A stretch of 64,000 nucleotides of DNA, from contig JANMBN010000052.1 in assembly GCA_031360485.1 (NCBI GenBank), positions 14,087 to 78,086 on the forward strand, in the 5' to 3' direction. Under the pieces are notes generated by a model. That model worked only from the letters and a program-made list of their open reading frames with translations, did no database searches and was not told where the DNA came from. The DNA comes from Betaproteobacteria bacterium. GTDB taxonomy: Bacteria > Pseudomonadota > Gammaproteobacteria > Burkholderiales > Casimicrobiaceae. The translations under genes and the position numbers were made by a program. Positions within the stretch are counted from its first letter, which is position 1, and every line of letters begins with the position of its first letter. Below are positions 1-9,007 of this stretch, one piece after another.

Positions 1-738
1 CTGCGGGCGAATCGTCACGGTCACGGCGAGGAAGTGCGATATCCACTTCTCCAGCACGCGGCATAGTCCGTCGAGCGCGGGGCGGCCGCGGTTCAGGCTC
101 ACGGCGAGATCGTGGCGCTCGTCGCGATCCCAGTACGCGTCGGCGTTGCCCGCGTCGAGCGTGTCGAGATCGACCGAGCGGACCGGCGTGCGGTTCTGCT
201 GGAGCAACTCGCCGAGGCTCCCGAAACCGCCGGTCGACGCCAGCAGCTCGACGGTGGCCTCGTCGGCGGCCATGACCGCGCCGTCGCCGGTGACCGCGAT
301 CTTCTGCGTCCGGAAGAGCATTTCCGCGGCGCGCGCCTCGATCGGATCGGCACCGGCGCCCAGGATGTGCCGGAGGAGGATCTCGGTCAGCTGGTGCACG
401 AGCAAGGGCGGCACGTCGACACCGTCGCGGAACAGCGCGACGTACGCTGCCTCGAGCGAGGGCGCCGCGGTGATCCGCTCCCGGAATCGCAGCCAGACTG
501 CGTAGTTCTCGCGAGCGTCGGCGTCGGCAATCGGCGAAAGTTCAGCGGCCGCGACCGCCGCGCGCGGCGCCGCGATCAGCCTCTCGTGCAGCGCGAGTTC
601 GGCCGCGCAGGATTCGGCGATCGGCGCCAGCTCCGGCCGCAACAGCGACGCGCGCAGGAAATCGTCGGTGACGGCAAGCCGGCCGTCGGCGCCGGCCGCC
701 AGCAGCCGGTAGCCGCAGGAGTGCCAGAAATCCGGCAC
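1..738 (-). CDS. conserved hypothetical protein, N-terminal 246 codons only (3' end lies beyond window start)
   Basis: Not in the ORF track because it has no stop in the window. I translated the minus strand by hand. GTG at 738 gives VPDFWHSCGYRLLAAGADGRLAVTDDFLRASLLRPELAPIAESCAAELALHERL... The frame stays open to position 1 with G/C-rich third positions. It starts 8 nt after the stop of the upstream CHI-like gene. Confidence 0.55.
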   Translation of the reverse strand, partial: MPDFWHSCGYRLLAAGADGRLAVTDDFLRASLLRPELAPIAESCAAELALHERLIAAPRAAVAAAELSPIADADARENYAVWLRFRERITAAPSLEAAYVALFRDGVDVPPLLVHQLTEILLRHILGAGADPIEARAAEMLFRTQKIAVTGDGAVMAADEATVELLASTGGFGSLGELLQQNRTPVRSVDLDTLDAGNADAYWDRDERHDLAVSLNRGRPALDGLCRVLEKWISHFLAVTVTIRPQ

Positions 739-746
739 GCCGCGCG

Positions 747-1313
747 TCAACCGCCGAGCATCGCCTTCTTGAGGTCGGCCTGGACCGGCTTGTCGCCGAG
801 CCAGATCTTGGTCAGCGCCTTGTTGAACGCTTCGCCCGGAATCGATCCCTTCGCAGCGCCGTTGAAGCCCACGGCCGTCCCGCCATCGACGAAATCGAGC
901 GTGACCACGTTGCCTTCCTTCGCCTCGCCGAACGCCTTCATGATCGCCGTGAGCTGGTCGGCCTGCGGCTTGACGCCCGCCATTTCTGCTTCGGTGTTGT
1001 TGTCCTTCAAGCCCTCGTTCAGCGCATCGACGAGCTGGTCGGCGGTGAGGTTGCGCAGGATGTTCATCTGGATCCGCCTGGGGCCCTTGGCCAGCACACC
1101 GGCGAGATCCGATGCCTTGGCGGGAACGTACAGGCTGCCGACGTAGACCTTGAACACGACGCGCGTGCGGATTCCCGCTCCGTTCAGCACCAGGTCCTGC
1201 CCTCCCACGGCAACCTTGTCGTCGAGCTTGACGCCGCCGACTTCCGCGGCGGGCGAAGGCGCGCCGAAACACAATGCCAACAACGCGATCAACACCGTGC
1301 GCATCATCATCAT
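747..1313 (-). CDS. chalcone-isomerase-like (CHI-fold) family protein, secreted
   Basis: ORF 747..1418 trimmed to the MMMMRTVLIALLALCFGAPSPAAE start, which has a signal peptide and a GGAGAAG RBS just upstream. The body (VFKVYVGSLYVP...KIWLGDKPVQADLKKAMLG) resembles bacterial CHI-like/YCII-neighbour proteins. Confidence 0.7.
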   Translation of the reverse strand: MMMMRTVLIALLALCFGAPSPAAEVGGVKLDDKVAVGGQDLVLNGAGIRTRVVFKVYVGSLYVPAKASDLAGVLAKGPRRIQMNILRNLTADQLVDALNEGLKDNNTEAEMAGVKPQADQLTAIMKAFGEAKEGNVVTLDFVDGGTAVGFNGAAKGSIPGEAFNKALTKIWLGDKPVQADLKKAMLGG

Positions 1314-1563
1314 CTTCTCCTGTCGGATAGTCTTGGGCGCTTGTTCCGCCGGGCCTGCATGGCCGTCGCCGAAGGTCTTGCCCGGGCGCAAAGTCCCGCC
1401 ACCGTGCCGCGGTCTCACGCGGCGCGCCGCGGCCGGAATCCGGCGTGGACCGCGTCGGCGCCGCGAAGGGCGTCCGCGCGCCGTACAAAGGGCCGCCCGA
1501 AAAACAGGGCGGCCCCTTCGACATCCCCCCGCGGCCGGCCAACGACCCCGGCGGCGGCGGCCG

Positions 1564-3012
1564 TTACCTGAACCGGTAGTTCATCTGGCCGGATAGGATC
1601 GCCACGTTGCTGCTGTAATTGCCGGTGATGAGCCCGTTTGCGGCAATGTTCGCCGGATTGCCCGAATTGTTGATCAACGGGTCCTTGACCCAGATGTACG
1701 CCGCGCCGACGTCGATGTTGATCGCCGGCGACAGCTTGAACCGCCCGCCCACCGTAAGCCACGTGCGATCGCCGTCGGGCAGACGCGCCGAGCGGTCGGT
1801 GTCGTTGACGGGGGTCTGGTCGAATGCCACGCCGGCCCGCAACACGATCTTTTCCGTGTATTGGTAGTTGACCCCCACGGCGTACCGCCAGGTGTCCTTG
1901 AAATTCTCGGGCAGCACGCCGAGCACGCTGCCGCTGGTGCGGACGAGCGCGATCTGCTGGATGCTGCTCCAGCCGGTCCACGTGACGTCGGCCAGGATAT
2001 CCCACTTGTCGTTGAGCCGCTGATAGTAGGAAAGCGAAGCCATGTCCGGCATCGTCAGGTCGATCGTGATTCCCCCGCTGCCGAGCGCCTTGTTGACCGC
2101 GTTGGCCGACCCGACCACGACGGGGTTCAACGCGGCGAGCGGCCCGGTCAGCGTGGGGACCACCGGATGGCTGAACGTGGCGCTGCCGATCACGTCGTAC
2201 TTGATCTTCGACCGATAGGCGAAGCCGATTCTGGCGGCCCCATTTTCGTTGTTGGCGTCGCCGTTGATGCTGTACATCACGCCGACGTTCCAGCCCCATG
2301 ACGTGTCGTCGCCGGTATTCGTCAACTTCGAATCGAGGCCGGCCGTCGCGCCGATCAGCGAGGGGATGGCCGTTGCCGGAATCTGGCCCGCCGCCGCCGC
2401 CGCACCGTAGGCCTGCGCCAGCGCGCCCGTGTAGTTGACCGCCTGGGTGAGCGTCGCCTGCAGGTGTTGGTAGTTCACCCCGGCGCCGAGCCAAAGGTCC
2501 TTGGTGGCTCTGTAGCCAAAGGACGGATTGACGTTGATCGTCTTGATTTCCGACTTCAGCGCCTGATAGCGGCCGAGCCAGCCATCGTCGTACTCGGTCT
2601 TGAGGCCGAACGGCACGTTGATGCCGATTCCGATATGCCACGCGGGGTTGATGGCCATCGACGCGTAGAGGTTCGGCACGACGGCAAAATCGCCAGCGTC
2701 GCCGCCGGTGCCCCCGAGCGGCTGTCCAAACGCCGCTTTCGAGCCCGCGTCCTGGAACTTCGAGGACGGCTTGATCAGATGCACCGCGTTCTCGATCTGC
2801 GGGAAATTGAGGCGTGCGAGACCGGCGGGGTTGTACCACACGGTGTTCGCGTCCTCGGCGGTGGCGCCGGAGCCGGCGAAGGCGTTGCCGAGCCCCATCA
2901 CATTCTGCTCGGCCAGCGCGAAGGCCGCGCCCGAAGCCTGTCCCGCGCCCAGCGTGAGCGCGATTCCGGCCACGGTCGTGGCAATTAGGGTGTGGCGAAA
3001 CGGGGTCCTCAT
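1564..3012 (-). CDS. fadL: FadL/TodX-family outer-membrane long-chain fatty acid transporter
   Basis: Signal peptide MRTPFRHTLIATTVAGIALTLGAGQASGAAFA and the family NPAGL motif (WYNPAGLARL). Beta-barrel-like alternating sequence with a C-terminal aromatic residue. GAGGAG RBS before ATG 3012. Confidence 0.85.
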   Translation of the reverse strand: MRTPFRHTLIATTVAGIALTLGAGQASGAAFALAEQNVMGLGNAFAGSGATAEDANTVWYNPAGLARLNFPQIENAVHLIKPSSKFQDAGSKAAFGQPLGGTGGDAGDFAVVPNLYASMAINPAWHIGIGINVPFGLKTEYDDGWLGRYQALKSEIKTINVNPSFGYRATKDLWLGAGVNYQHLQATLTQAVNYTGALAQAYGAAAAAGQIPATAIPSLIGATAGLDSKLTNTGDDTSWGWNVGVMYSINGDANNENGAARIGFAYRSKIKYDVIGSATFSHPVVPTLTGPLAALNPVVVGSANAVNKALGSGGITIDLTMPDMASLSYYQRLNDKWDILADVTWTGWSSIQQIALVRTSGSVLGVLPENFKDTWRYAVGVNYQYTEKIVLRAGVAFDQTPVNDTDRSARLPDGDRTWLTVGGRFKLSPAINIDVGAAYIWVKDPLINNSGNPANIAANGLITGNYSSNVAILSGQMNYRFR

Positions 3013-3240
3013 GGCAGATCTCCTCGTGTTGGGGTTTCGGGGCGTGTCCTCTGCGCGAGGCACGCCCGCTACGGATGTTGTTCTGGGCTTATTTCGGGGC
3101 CGCCGGAAGCGGATCCCGATGCGGAAAAAAATCGTCAAGCGACTATACACCGGGCTATCGGGGGCCGCGCGGTTTGGGCGGGTACTTTGCGGGCTGCGTC
3201 GCGGGTTGTTGTTTTTTGGGCATGGAACGCGGCGGCGCCG

Positions 3241-3636
3241 TCACTCCGGCGGCAGCTCACGCGGCCTCCGGTCGGCCCCGACAGCAACATACGTCAGGCT
3301 CGCCTCCGTCACCTTGACGCAGATCACATCCCCCGGATTGCGCTGTGCGTAGACCTCGACTGCGACCGTCACGGACGTCCGGCCGACGCGGCTGATCGTC
3401 GCGTAGAAGCTCACCAGGTCGCCGATCAGGACCGGCTCCTTGAACACGAACGAGTTGACCGCGACGGTCGCGACGCGGCCGCGCGCACGGCGCGCGGCCA
3501 CGACTCCGCCGGCGATGTCGACCTGCGACATGATCCAGCCGCCGAAGATGTCGCCGTGGTAGTTGGCGTCGGCGGGCATCGGTACGACGCGCAGCGCCGG
3601 TTCGCGGCCCGGAAGTACGGCAGGCACGTCCGTCAT
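3241..3636 (-). CDS. acyl-CoA thioesterase (hotdog fold, YciA-like)
   Basis: 131 aa with HGDIFGGWIMSQVDIAGG, typical of YciA/Acot-type thioesterases. Lies inside the fad operon. Confidence 0.8.
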   Translation of the reverse strand: MTDVPAVLPGREPALRVVPMPADANYHGDIFGGWIMSQVDIAGGVVAARRARGRVATVAVNSFVFKEPVLIGDLVSFYATISRVGRTSVTVAVEVYAQRNPGDVICVKVTEASLTYVAVGADRRPRELPPE

Positions 3637-3663
3637 TCGCCAAACCCCCGCTCTCGCCGGCGC

Positions 3664-5337
3664 TTACGCCGCGGACTTCTTCGCCTCGTCGCGCAATTCG
3701 CGGCGCAGGATCTTGCCGACGTTGGTCTTCGGCAGATCCTTCCGGAACTCGACGTCGCGCGGCATCTTGTAGCCCGTGAGCTGGCTGCGGCAGTGCTTCA
3801 GCACTTCGTCGGCGGTCAGGCTCGGGTCCTTTTTCACGACAAAAAGCTTCACCGCCTCGCCCGACTTGCTGTCCGGAACCCCCACGGCCGCGCATTCGAG
3901 CACCCCGGGATGCATCGCGACGACGCCTTCGATTTCATTCGGATAAACGTTGAAGCCGGAGACGAGGATCATGTCCTTCTTGCGATCGACGATCCTGACG
4001 AAGCCGCGCTCGTCCATCACGCCGACGTCACCGGTCATGAAATAGTGGTCGGCGGTCATCACGTTCGCCGTCTCGTCGGGCCGGTTCCAGTAACCCGCCA
4101 TCACCTGCGGTCCGCGGATGCAGATCTCGCCCGGCTGGCCGAGCGCGACGTCCTTGCCGGCGTCGTCGCGCAGCACGACCTCGGTCGACGGGATCTGGAG
4201 CCCGATCTAGCCGTTGTACGCGGGCAGGTCGAGCGGGTTGATCGTCGCCGCCGGCGAGGTCTCGGTGAGCCCGTAGGCTTCGACGAGCGTGCAGCCGGTG
4301 ACCTGTTTCCACTTGACGGCGACGGCCTCCTGCACGGCCATCCCGCCTCCCAGCGTCAACCGCAGCGACGAAAAATCGAGCTTCGCGAAATCGGGATTGT
4401 TGACGAGCGCGTTGAACAGCGTGTTGACGCCGGTGAACGCCGTGAATTTGAACTTTCCCATCTCCGCGATGAAGCCGGGTATGTCGCGCGGGTTCGGTAT
4501 CAGCACGTTCTCGGCGCCCAGCGTCATGAACGTGAGGCAGTTCGCCGTCAGCGAGAAGATGTGGTACAGGGGCAGCGGCGTGATGATGATCTCGCGCTCG
4601 TTGCTCAGGAACGGCCGCACCCACGCGCGCGCCTGCAGCAGGTTGGCGACGATGTTCCGGTGCAGCAGGATCGCGCCCTTGGCGACCCCCGTGGTCCCGC
4701 CCGTGTACTGCAGGAACGCGATGTCGTCGTGGGCAACCGGCACCGGCTCGATCTTGCCCCGACGGCCCGCCGCCAGCGCATCGGACAGGCGGACGGCTCC
4801 GGGCAGCTTCCAGGCCGGGATCATCTTTTTCACGTGCCGCAGCACGAGGTCGACGGCGATGCCCTTGATTCCGAGGAGCTCGCCGATGCTCGTGACGATC
4901 ACCTGCCGGACTTTGGTCTTGTCGAGCACTTCCTGCACGGTGTGCGCGAAATTCTCGACGACGACGATCATCTCCGCGCCCGAGTCGGAGAGCTGGTGCT
5001 CGAGCTCGCGCGCCGTGTAGAGCGGATTGACGTTGACCACCGTGCAACCGATGCGCAGGATGCCGAACAGGCACACCGGGTACTGCAGGATGTTCGGCAT
5101 CATCAGCGCTATGCGCGTGCCCTTCTTGCAGCCGTTGGCCTGCAAGTAAGCGCCGAACGCGCCGGAGAGCGTCTCGAGCTCGCCGAAACTGATTGTCTTG
5201 CCCATGCACGTGAAGGCCGGGCGCGCCGCGAACTTCGACACGCTCTCGTCGAACACGTCGCGGACCGACGCGTACTCGTCGACGTCGATCTCTGCGGGAA
5301 TGCCTTTCGGGTAATGCTTGATCCAGATCTTTTCCAC
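3664..5337 (-). pseudogene. fadD: long-chain fatty-acid--CoA ligase interrupted by one in-frame TAG (4207..4209)
   Basis: ORFs 4207..5382 and 3664..4176 are in the same frame (both ends divisible by 3). The junction reads ...[43 protein letters not shown]... The stop sits where adenylate-forming enzymes have the Ser of the G-S-I-G-L-P motif. GTG start at 5337 (VEKIWIKHYPKGIP) follows a GGGAGGA RBS. Confidence 0.85.
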
Positions 5338-5564
5338 GAATTTCCTCCCTGCCCATCGATGGGGCGGCCGAACAAACCGCAATGAGGCGCCGGGCCGTCC
5401 GGCGAAGACGGTGTTCGCCGGCCCGGGGCAACGATCCGGCGCGGCGACGAGTCACCCCACGCGGGGCATGCTACACCAGATGCCGCGCGGGCAGCGCCGC
5501 CCGCGCGCGCTGCCCGCGCGACAAACTGACGCGGGCCTGTGCTGATCCTGCGCGGCGAATTGGC

Positions 5565-7508
5565 TCAGCCGGCGGCGCGACCTTGCGCGGCTTGGCCGCT
5601 GCGCTGTGCGTAATGAATCGGGCCTCCGCGAAAAGGGGCGAACCCCGTTCCGAAAATCGCGCCCGCATCCACGAGATCCCCGTCGGACACGACGCCTTCG
5701 GCGAGTGCGGCCTTCGCCTCCGCCACGAACGGCCCGATGAGCCGCTCGGCGAGACCCGCCGGCACCGCTCCCGCCGCCTGCTTTGCCGGCTTCCCGCTCG
5801 CATAGTCGTAGAAGCCGCGCTTCGTCTTGCGGCCGAGATGTCCCGCCGCCACGAGCTCGGTCAGGCGTTTCGGCGGCGTTGCGTCCGGCGTCAGCATCTT
5901 GCCGACCGCCACGCAGATGTCGAGCCCGACGGTGTCGGCGAGTTCGATCGGACCCATCGGCATCCCGAATTGAAGCGCCGCCTCATCGACCGTTTCGGGC
6001 GCGAGGCCCTCGTCGACGCAGCGCATCGCCGCCATCAGGTACGGCGCCAGCACGCGGTTGACGAGAAACCCCGGAGCGCTTTTCACCGGCAGCGGCAGTC
6101 GATCGATCTGGCGAACGAACGCGGCCGCCGGCGCGATCAGTTCGGCGCGCGTCTGCTTCCCGTGGACGATCTCGACCAGCATCATCTTCGCCACCGGGTT
6201 GAAGAAGTGAAGCCCGACGAGCCGCGTCGGATCGGCCATCGCGGTCGCGATGTCCTCGAGCGGAATCGACGACGTGTTGGTGGCGAGGATCGCGCCGGGC
6301 TTCGCCTTCGCTTCGAGCGCCGCGAACAGGCTGCGCTTGGCGTCGACGTTCTCGAAGATCGCCTCGATGATGACGTCGGCGCGCGCGACGCCGGCGCCCG
6401 CGACGTCCGGAACAAGCCGGTCGATCGCGTCGCGGACGCGGCGCGGATCCTTCAGGCGATCCGCGAACAGCTTTGCCGCGCGCCCCATCGCGGGCGCCAG
6501 CCGGTCGGCGTTCTGGTCCTGCAGCGTGACGCTCAAGCCGCGCAGCGCGCACCACGCGGCGATGTCGCCGCCCATCGTGCCGGCGCCGACCACGTGGACG
6601 TGCGCCGCCTTGAACTCGCCTTCCTTGCCCAGCGCCTTCAGCCGCTCCTGCAGCCCGAACAGCCGGATCAGGTTGGCGGCGGTCGGCGTCCTGAGGAGCG
6701 ACGGGATCGACGCCGGATCGGCCGGCGGCACCGCGAGCGCGTTGCCGTCGTATTTCACCCAGATGTCGAGAATCGCGTACGGCGCCGGATAGTGCTCGCG
6801 GCGCGCGCGCTTCGCCACCTGCTTGCGCGCCTGCGCGGCGATGAGCCGGCGAACCAGCGGATTGAGAGTCAGCGATTGCGGAAAGCCGAGCCGCCGCGGC
6901 GCGGGCAGCGTTTTCAGGATGCCGCGCACCGTGTTCTCCATGATCCGCGCCGGCACGCATTCGTCGGCGATGCCGAGCCGTTTCGCTCGCCGCGCGTCGA
7001 TGGTGCGGCCCGTCAGCATGAGGTCGAGCGCCGCCGGCGCGCCCGCCAGCCGCGGCAAACGTTTCATTCCGCCCCAGCCCGGAACGATCCCCAGCATCAC
7101 CTCGGGCAGGCCCAGCCGGGTGCCGGGCTCGTCGACGACGACGCGGTAGCGGCAGGCGAGCGCGAGCTCCAGCCCGCCGCCCAGGCAGAAGCCGCGAACG
7201 AGGGCGACCGTCGGATACTTCGCGGCCGCAAGGCGCTCGAACGTGTCCCAGCCGCGCTTCACCAGCGCCAGCGCGCCGGCCTCGTTCTCCAGCTGGCCGA
7301 ACTCCTCGACATCGGCGCCGGCAATGAACCCGTTCGCCTTGCCCGACGCGATGACGAGCCCGCGCGGCGGGTCGCGGTCGAGCTGATCGAGCGCCTCGTT
7401 CATCTCCGCGAGCACCGGCGCGCCGAGGGTGTTGGTGGTCGAGCCGGCGCGGTCGAGCGTCAACCGCGCGAGACCGTCGCTGTCGCGTGTGAGGGTCCAG
7501 TGTTGCAT
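5565..7508 (-). CDS. fadB: bifunctional enoyl-CoA hydratase / 3-hydroxyacyl-CoA dehydrogenase
   Basis: N-terminal crotonase fold (GKANGFIAGADVEEF) followed by an NAD Rossmann motif (VVGAGTMGGDIA). 647 aa from the MQHWTL start. Confidence 0.85.
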   Translation of the reverse strand: MQHWTLTRDSDGLARLTLDRAGSTTNTLGAPVLAEMNEALDQLDRDPPRGLVIASGKANGFIAGADVEEFGQLENEAGALALVKRGWDTFERLAAAKYPTVALVRGFCLGGGLELALACRYRVVVDEPGTRLGLPEVMLGIVPGWGGMKRLPRLAGAPAALDLMLTGRTIDARRAKRLGIADECVPARIMENTVRGILKTLPAPRRLGFPQSLTLNPLVRRLIAAQARKQVAKRARREHYPAPYAILDIWVKYDGNALAVPPADPASIPSLLRTPTAANLIRLFGLQERLKALGKEGEFKAAHVHVVGAGTMGGDIAAWCALRGLSVTLQDQNADRLAPAMGRAAKLFADRLKDPRRVRDAIDRLVPDVAGAGVARADVIIEAIFENVDAKRSLFAALEAKAKPGAILATNTSSIPLEDIATAMADPTRLVGLHFFNPVAKMMLVEIVHGKQTRAELIAPAAAFVRQIDRLPLPVKSAPGFLVNRVLAPYLMAAMRCVDEGLAPETVDEAALQFGMPMGPIELADTVGLDICVAVGKMLTPDATPPKRLTELVAAGHLGRKTKRGFYDYASGKPAKQAAGAVPAGLAERLIGPFVAEAKAALAEGVVSDGDLVDAGAIFGTGFAPFRGGPIHYAQRSGQAAQGRAAG

Positions 7509-7572
7509 CGTTTTTCGCTTTCCCGATTTGCGCCGTGTTGCCGCGTCCCCGAGGCTCATTGAGCGGCGGGAA

Positions 7573-8868
7573 TCACACCCTCTCGATGAGCATCGCGCCG
7601 CCGAGCCCGCCCCCGATGCAGATCGCCGCCATTCCGCGCCGGCCGCCGGTGCGTCTCAGGACGTTCAGCAAGTGCAGGACGATGCGCGCGCCCGATGCGC
7701 CGACCGGGTGGCCGAGCGCGACGGCGCCGCCGTCGACGTTGAGCTTGGCCTCGTCGAGCGCGCCGAGTGCGCCGGGAAGCCCCAGCTCCTGCACGCAATA
7801 CTCGGCGTTCTGCCACGCGCGTTCGCATCCGATCACCTGTGCCGCGAACGCCTCGTTGATCTCCCAGGCGTCGAGATCGTCGAGGCCGAGCCCGTTGCGC
7901 GTCAGGATCGGCGTCGCCGCGTGCACGGGGCCGAGTCCCATCTGCGCGGGATCGAGTCCGGCCCACTCCGAGTCGACGATCCGCCCGGCCGGCGTCAGCT
8001 TGTGCTTGTCGACCGCGCGCTCCGACGCGATCACCATCCATGCGGCGCCGTCGGTGATCTGCGAGCTGTTGCCGGCGGTGACGTTGCCGTACTTCCGGTC
8101 GAAGAAGGGCCGCAATTTCGCGAGGTTCTCGACGGTCGAGTCCTCGCGCATCCCGTCGTCGTGCGCGTAGAGCTTGCCCTTGCGGTCGTACAGCGCAACG
8201 ACCTCGCCGTCGTAGTGACCCGCTTTCTGCGCCGCAATGACGCGCGCGTGGCTTCGCGCCGAGAATTCATCCATCTCGCGCCGCGCGATGCCGAACCGGA
8301 AGGCGAGGTTCTCGGCGGTCTGGCCCATCAGGAGCCCCACCATCGGATCGGTCAGGCCCTTCATGAGGCCGATCACGGGCGCGAGGTAGGCCAATTTGAA
8401 TTTCGCCGCCAGCGCGGCGCGCTGTCCAAGCGTCTTCGCCGCGTACCAGTTCGCGAGCCAGAGCACCATCGCATCGGAAAAAAGAAGCGGCGCGCGCGAG
8501 AGGGCATCGACCCCGCCCGCCAGCACGAGATTCGAGCGTCCCGCGCGAATGTTGTTGATCGCGGAGTCGAGCGCCTGCATGCCGGAGGCGCAGTTGCGCA
8601 TCACGGTCCAGCCGGGGACCTTCATCCCGCAGCCCATCCGCAGCGCCACGACGCGGCCGATGTTGACCTCGTCGACCGACGGCGCCGCGCATCCCAGGAT
8701 CACTTCGTCGAGCTCGGTCGGCGCAAACGGCTGCCGGACGAGCAGCGCGCGGCCGGCGGCGGTCGCGAGGTCGGACGCCGCGAACGGCCCCGGGCGATTG
8801 CGCGACTTGAGAAACGGCGTCCGCGCGCCGTCGATGATGTAGATCGGTTCGTTCATGTCGTTGCGCAT
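7573..8868 (-). CDS. fadA: acetyl-CoA C-acyltransferase (3-ketoacyl-CoA thiolase)
   Basis: Thiolase active-site Cys context (RNCASGMQA) and a C-terminal CIGGGLGGAM motif. Confidence 0.9.
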   Translation of the reverse strand: MRNDMNEPIYIIDGARTPFLKSRNRPGPFAASDLATAAGRALLVRQPFAPTELDEVILGCAAPSVDEVNIGRVVALRMGCGMKVPGWTVMRNCASGMQALDSAINNIRAGRSNLVLAGGVDALSRAPLLFSDAMVLWLANWYAAKTLGQRAALAAKFKLAYLAPVIGLMKGLTDPMVGLLMGQTAENLAFRFGIARREMDEFSARSHARVIAAQKAGHYDGEVVALYDRKGKLYAHDDGMREDSTVENLAKLRPFFDRKYGNVTAGNSSQITDGAAWMVIASERAVDKHKLTPAGRIVDSEWAGLDPAQMGLGPVHAATPILTRNGLGLDDLDAWEINEAFAAQVIGCERAWQNAEYCVQELGLPGALGALDEAKLNVDGGAVALGHPVGASGARIVLHLLNVLRRTGGRRGMAAICIGGGLGGAMLIERV

Positions 8869-8918
8869 CCGTCGATCGCGATCATGGGGGTCGCCGCGCT
8901 CGTGGCGGCCAGCCTCTC

Positions 8919-8985
8919 CGTGGGGCCGCCTTCAGGCGGCTCGTCGTCGTTGGCCACGCATTGTCCGGCTGAAGCCGGACCCACG
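8919..8985. repeat. REP/MITE-like palindromic element, copy A (67 bp)
   Basis: CGTGGGGCCGCCTTCAGGCGGC...N23...CCGGCTGAAGCCGGACCCACG lies in the fadA-fadE intergenic gap. The two ends are imperfect inverted repeats of each other, and each end is itself a hairpin. It has the same length and termini as the copy at 42212..42278. Confidence 0.75.
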
Positions 8986-9007
8986 CGCCGGGTCGACACG
9001 GGATGTC

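Noticed and set aside
112-1146. 344-aa plus-strand ORF (and 146..505, 99..353) at the left edge
   Set aside because: These are frame shadows. The minus strand here carries two convincing genes: the hand-translated partial ORF 1..738 and the CHI-like gene. The plus-strand product is Arg/Gly/Pro-rich low-complexity sequence with no motif.
1415-2839. 474-aa arginine-rich minus-strand ORF
   Set aside because: It is an alternative frame of fadL. Its composition (R/G/P/H runs) is typical of out-of-frame translation of GC-rich DNA.
2992-5385. 797-aa plus-strand ORF
   Set aside because: It is antisense to the thioesterase and fadD genes, which have clear family motifs. No motifs are present and it is Arg/Asp/His-rich.
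5382-7562. 726-aa plus-strand ORF
   Set aside because: It is antisense to fadB and has shadow-ORF composition.
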